Source: the human T2T-CHM13v2.0 reference genome, Homo sapiens. From it: a DNA stretch of 64,000 nucleotides. Where the stretch lies: assembly GCF_009914755.1 (NCBI RefSeq), contig NC_060936.1; one strand, written 5' to 3'. The position numbers and the translations under genes were made by a program. Of the stretch, positions 61,338 to 64,000 are shown piece after piece; position 1 is the stretch's first letter, and each line of letters opens with the position of its first letter. The notes beneath the pieces were generated by a model. The model was given only the letters and a program-made list of their open reading frames with translations, searched no databases and was not told where the DNA came from.

Positions 61338-61490
61338 CTATAGGACCAATAGGTAAGACCTATAGTCCTGTACTACCTGTTGGTCCTGTAGGTGTATCTA
61401 TTAGTGTTAGGTAGGACCATTACTAAATACAGTGTGTATATATACTAAATATGTATATTTAGTATTGGTCCTACCTAATACTGTTAGATA
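61338..61490 (+). other. Two adjacent inverted repeats (18-bp and 35-bp stems)
   Basis: 61338-61355 pairs with 61374-61391; 61395-61429 pairs with 61456-61490. Confidence 0.9.
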
Positions 61491-61698
61491 ACGATTGGAT
61501 ATCCCTAATCTGAAAAGCTCAAAGATCAGAAACTTTTTGAGCACCAACATGATGCTCAAGGGAAATACTTACTGGAGCATTTCAGATTTTGAGTTTTTTG
61601 TGTAGAGATGTTCAACAGTAAGAATATAAATCAAACACTCCAAATTTTAATTTTAAAATACTGTTTCCAAGCATTTTGGGTAAGGGATACTCAACCTG
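61491..61698. mobile_element. Tigger4/MER46-type MITE
   Basis: Ends in TIR-like GGGATACTCAACCTG followed by TA; internal 'gaaactttttgagcacc..tggagcatttcagattt'. Confidence 0.75.
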
Positions 61699-62772
61699 TA
61701 ATATGTTGGCAGTGTTACCCAGGAAATTTAACCTTGGTATTTCTTACCTGAAAAATACATTTTCTATTTATTTCAAATCCTCTGAGCTTCCACTGAAACA
61801 CAGCAAAACACATGCCAAAACATTGCTTTTGTATCCTCTTGTAGGTTGTACTCAATTTAAATATTAGATTTGTTGACCTTTTAAAATTTGTCAAGTATAT
61901 GAGAGTATGAGCTAGGGTTTATATATTGAATTGTTTAAGTCTGTTCAGCAGTTACAATGCAGAAGTAAAATAGTGCTTATAGATTGACGACCGCTATCTC
62001 ACATTGGACAGAAGTCTTCTACTCCATAGGATCATGACATTGACGTAAATCAAATCCTCAGACACCAAAGGAACATTTGGAAATAAATTTTCCATTTAGG
62101 GTCATAATATTCATCATTGAACTTGTCCTCTTTTTGAAATGTTCGAGGGCATGTAGGATCAGGTTAATCATGACAGGCAGAAATAGTGCAGTATAGGGCA
62201 TGTTAGCTGTTAAAGACCACTAAAGTTTAGAATATAGTTACTTTGTTGTCTTAAATCATCTGTTAGATGTACTCTCTTCAATGTAGTTAGAGCAGAATTA
62301 TATTAAAATGAAAGGTTCTCGTTGATTCAGTCTGAATATTGCTGTTCATTGCACAAGCATTTCCAGCAGGAATTTCACCTTAGCTTGTGTGTCCCTGCAG
62401 TCAAATGCAAGGGTGATCTTTGCCTGTTGAGATTATATATTGACAAACTGTGCCGCCTTGTGACCACATTGCTTACTTAGGCTATAGCATTGTTTTTATG
62501 CACTCAAATTAAAAAAGTAAACCATATTCTCCCTGAACTTAAGCTCCGAAGTAGAGAAAAATCAGAACTAATTTGAAGGTTTAAGAAGTTCAGTGTTGGC
62601 TGGGTGCAGTGGCTCACGCCTGTAATCTCAGCATTTTGGGAGGCAAGGCAGGTGGATGCCTGAGGTCAGGAGTTTGAGATCAGTCTGGCTAACATAGTGA
62701 AACGCTATCTCTACTAAAAATACAAAAATGAGGCTGGTTGTGGTGGCGCACGCCTGTAGTCCCGGTTGATCA

Positions 62773-62904
<132 letters not shown>

Positions 62905-63636
62905 TCAATGTTTACTTCTTGGACAGGAGTGCTATTTTGCCATTTTGTATATGACTGGTAACATGCAATTCAGTATAGAGAGTAAGTCTGAAAAATGATT
63001 TGATTTTAAAATGCCATCTGCAAGTATGGGAGAATTTTCTTATGTAATTTGTAGCTGCCCTTTCGTAAGACTTACAAACCACCTTAATTATCTTTCAGAA
63101 AATCACGGACAGCTGTTTTGTTGTTATTATTGTTGTTTTGAGACAAAGTCTCGCTCTGTCTCCAAAGCTGGAATGTAGTGGTGTGAACTCGGCTCACTGC
63201 AACCGTCTGAGTAGCTGAGACTACAGGCACACTACCATTCCTCCCAGCTAATTTTTTATATTTTTAGTAGAGACAGGTTTTCGCCATGTTGGCCAGACTG
63301 GTCTCGAACTCCTAGCTTCGAGTGATCCTCCCGCCTCAGCCTCCCAAAGTGTTGGGATTAACGGACAGCTGTTTTAATGTCCAGCTGCTTTGTGTGATTG
63401 TGCCACTCATTCAGCAGTATTTGAATACCAGCAGAGGGCTGGGCACTATTCTCAAGGTGCATGGCTTTGTCTGTTACTTGGGCTATGTTGTGGAATTTCA
63501 CTTTGTACACACATCAAGGAAAGGGGCTGAGATTTGGGCCTTTTAAGAGCTATTAAAGTAACTTGTTGGCCTAGGAAAGAAGACTCAGTTGACTTAAAGA
63601 TCTTCAGGTTATGCAAGAGGTTTATTATTCATTTAA

Positions 63637-63772
<136 letters not shown>

Positions 63773-64000
63773 TGATATTTCAAAAAGTATCAAAGGATAT
63801 ATGCCCCAGCTGTGCAGTGTTACTAGTTTGCTACACCTTCCCAGAGGTGTTTCTTTATACCATTGGAAGTTGTCATTTTAGTATGAATTAATTACATGTT
63901 ATACGAGCATATCAAAGGGTTTGAAACAGTGAAAGAGCTAAGATTAACTTGGAAATAAACATTTTATTTTATTTTACTTTTTGAGATGGAGACTAGCTTT

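Overview
Primate (human-like) genomic DNA, very rich in Alu repeats. It holds the CpG-island promoter and first five coding exons of ATP2A2 (SERCA2 Ca2+-ATPase, + strand). The ATG is at 23432; coding exons are 118, 18, 83, 105 and 139 nt with GT-AG boundaries, and intron 5 runs off the right edge. The ~22 kb upstream looks intergenic (Alus, MLT2 and MER41A LTRs, L1/L2/L3/MIR/MER5 fossils). Its unique segments, however, carry minus-strand remnants of a second, dead SERCA-family gene lying head-to-head with ATP2A2. One piece is unmistakable: GIAMGSGTA..LADDxFS at 6487-6582. Weaker remnants matching SERCA exons 1, 5, 8-11, 14 and 16 occur in the correct order. Other notable items: a pri-miRNA-sized double hairpin in intron 5, a (TG)19-guarded candidate Alu poison exon in intron 4, palindromic SRF/NR4A motifs in intron 3, a 5'UTR G4/hairpin switch, and local gene-conversion or template-switch events. 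SERCA and repeat-consensus comparisons are from memory and by eye; repeat boundaries are approximate.
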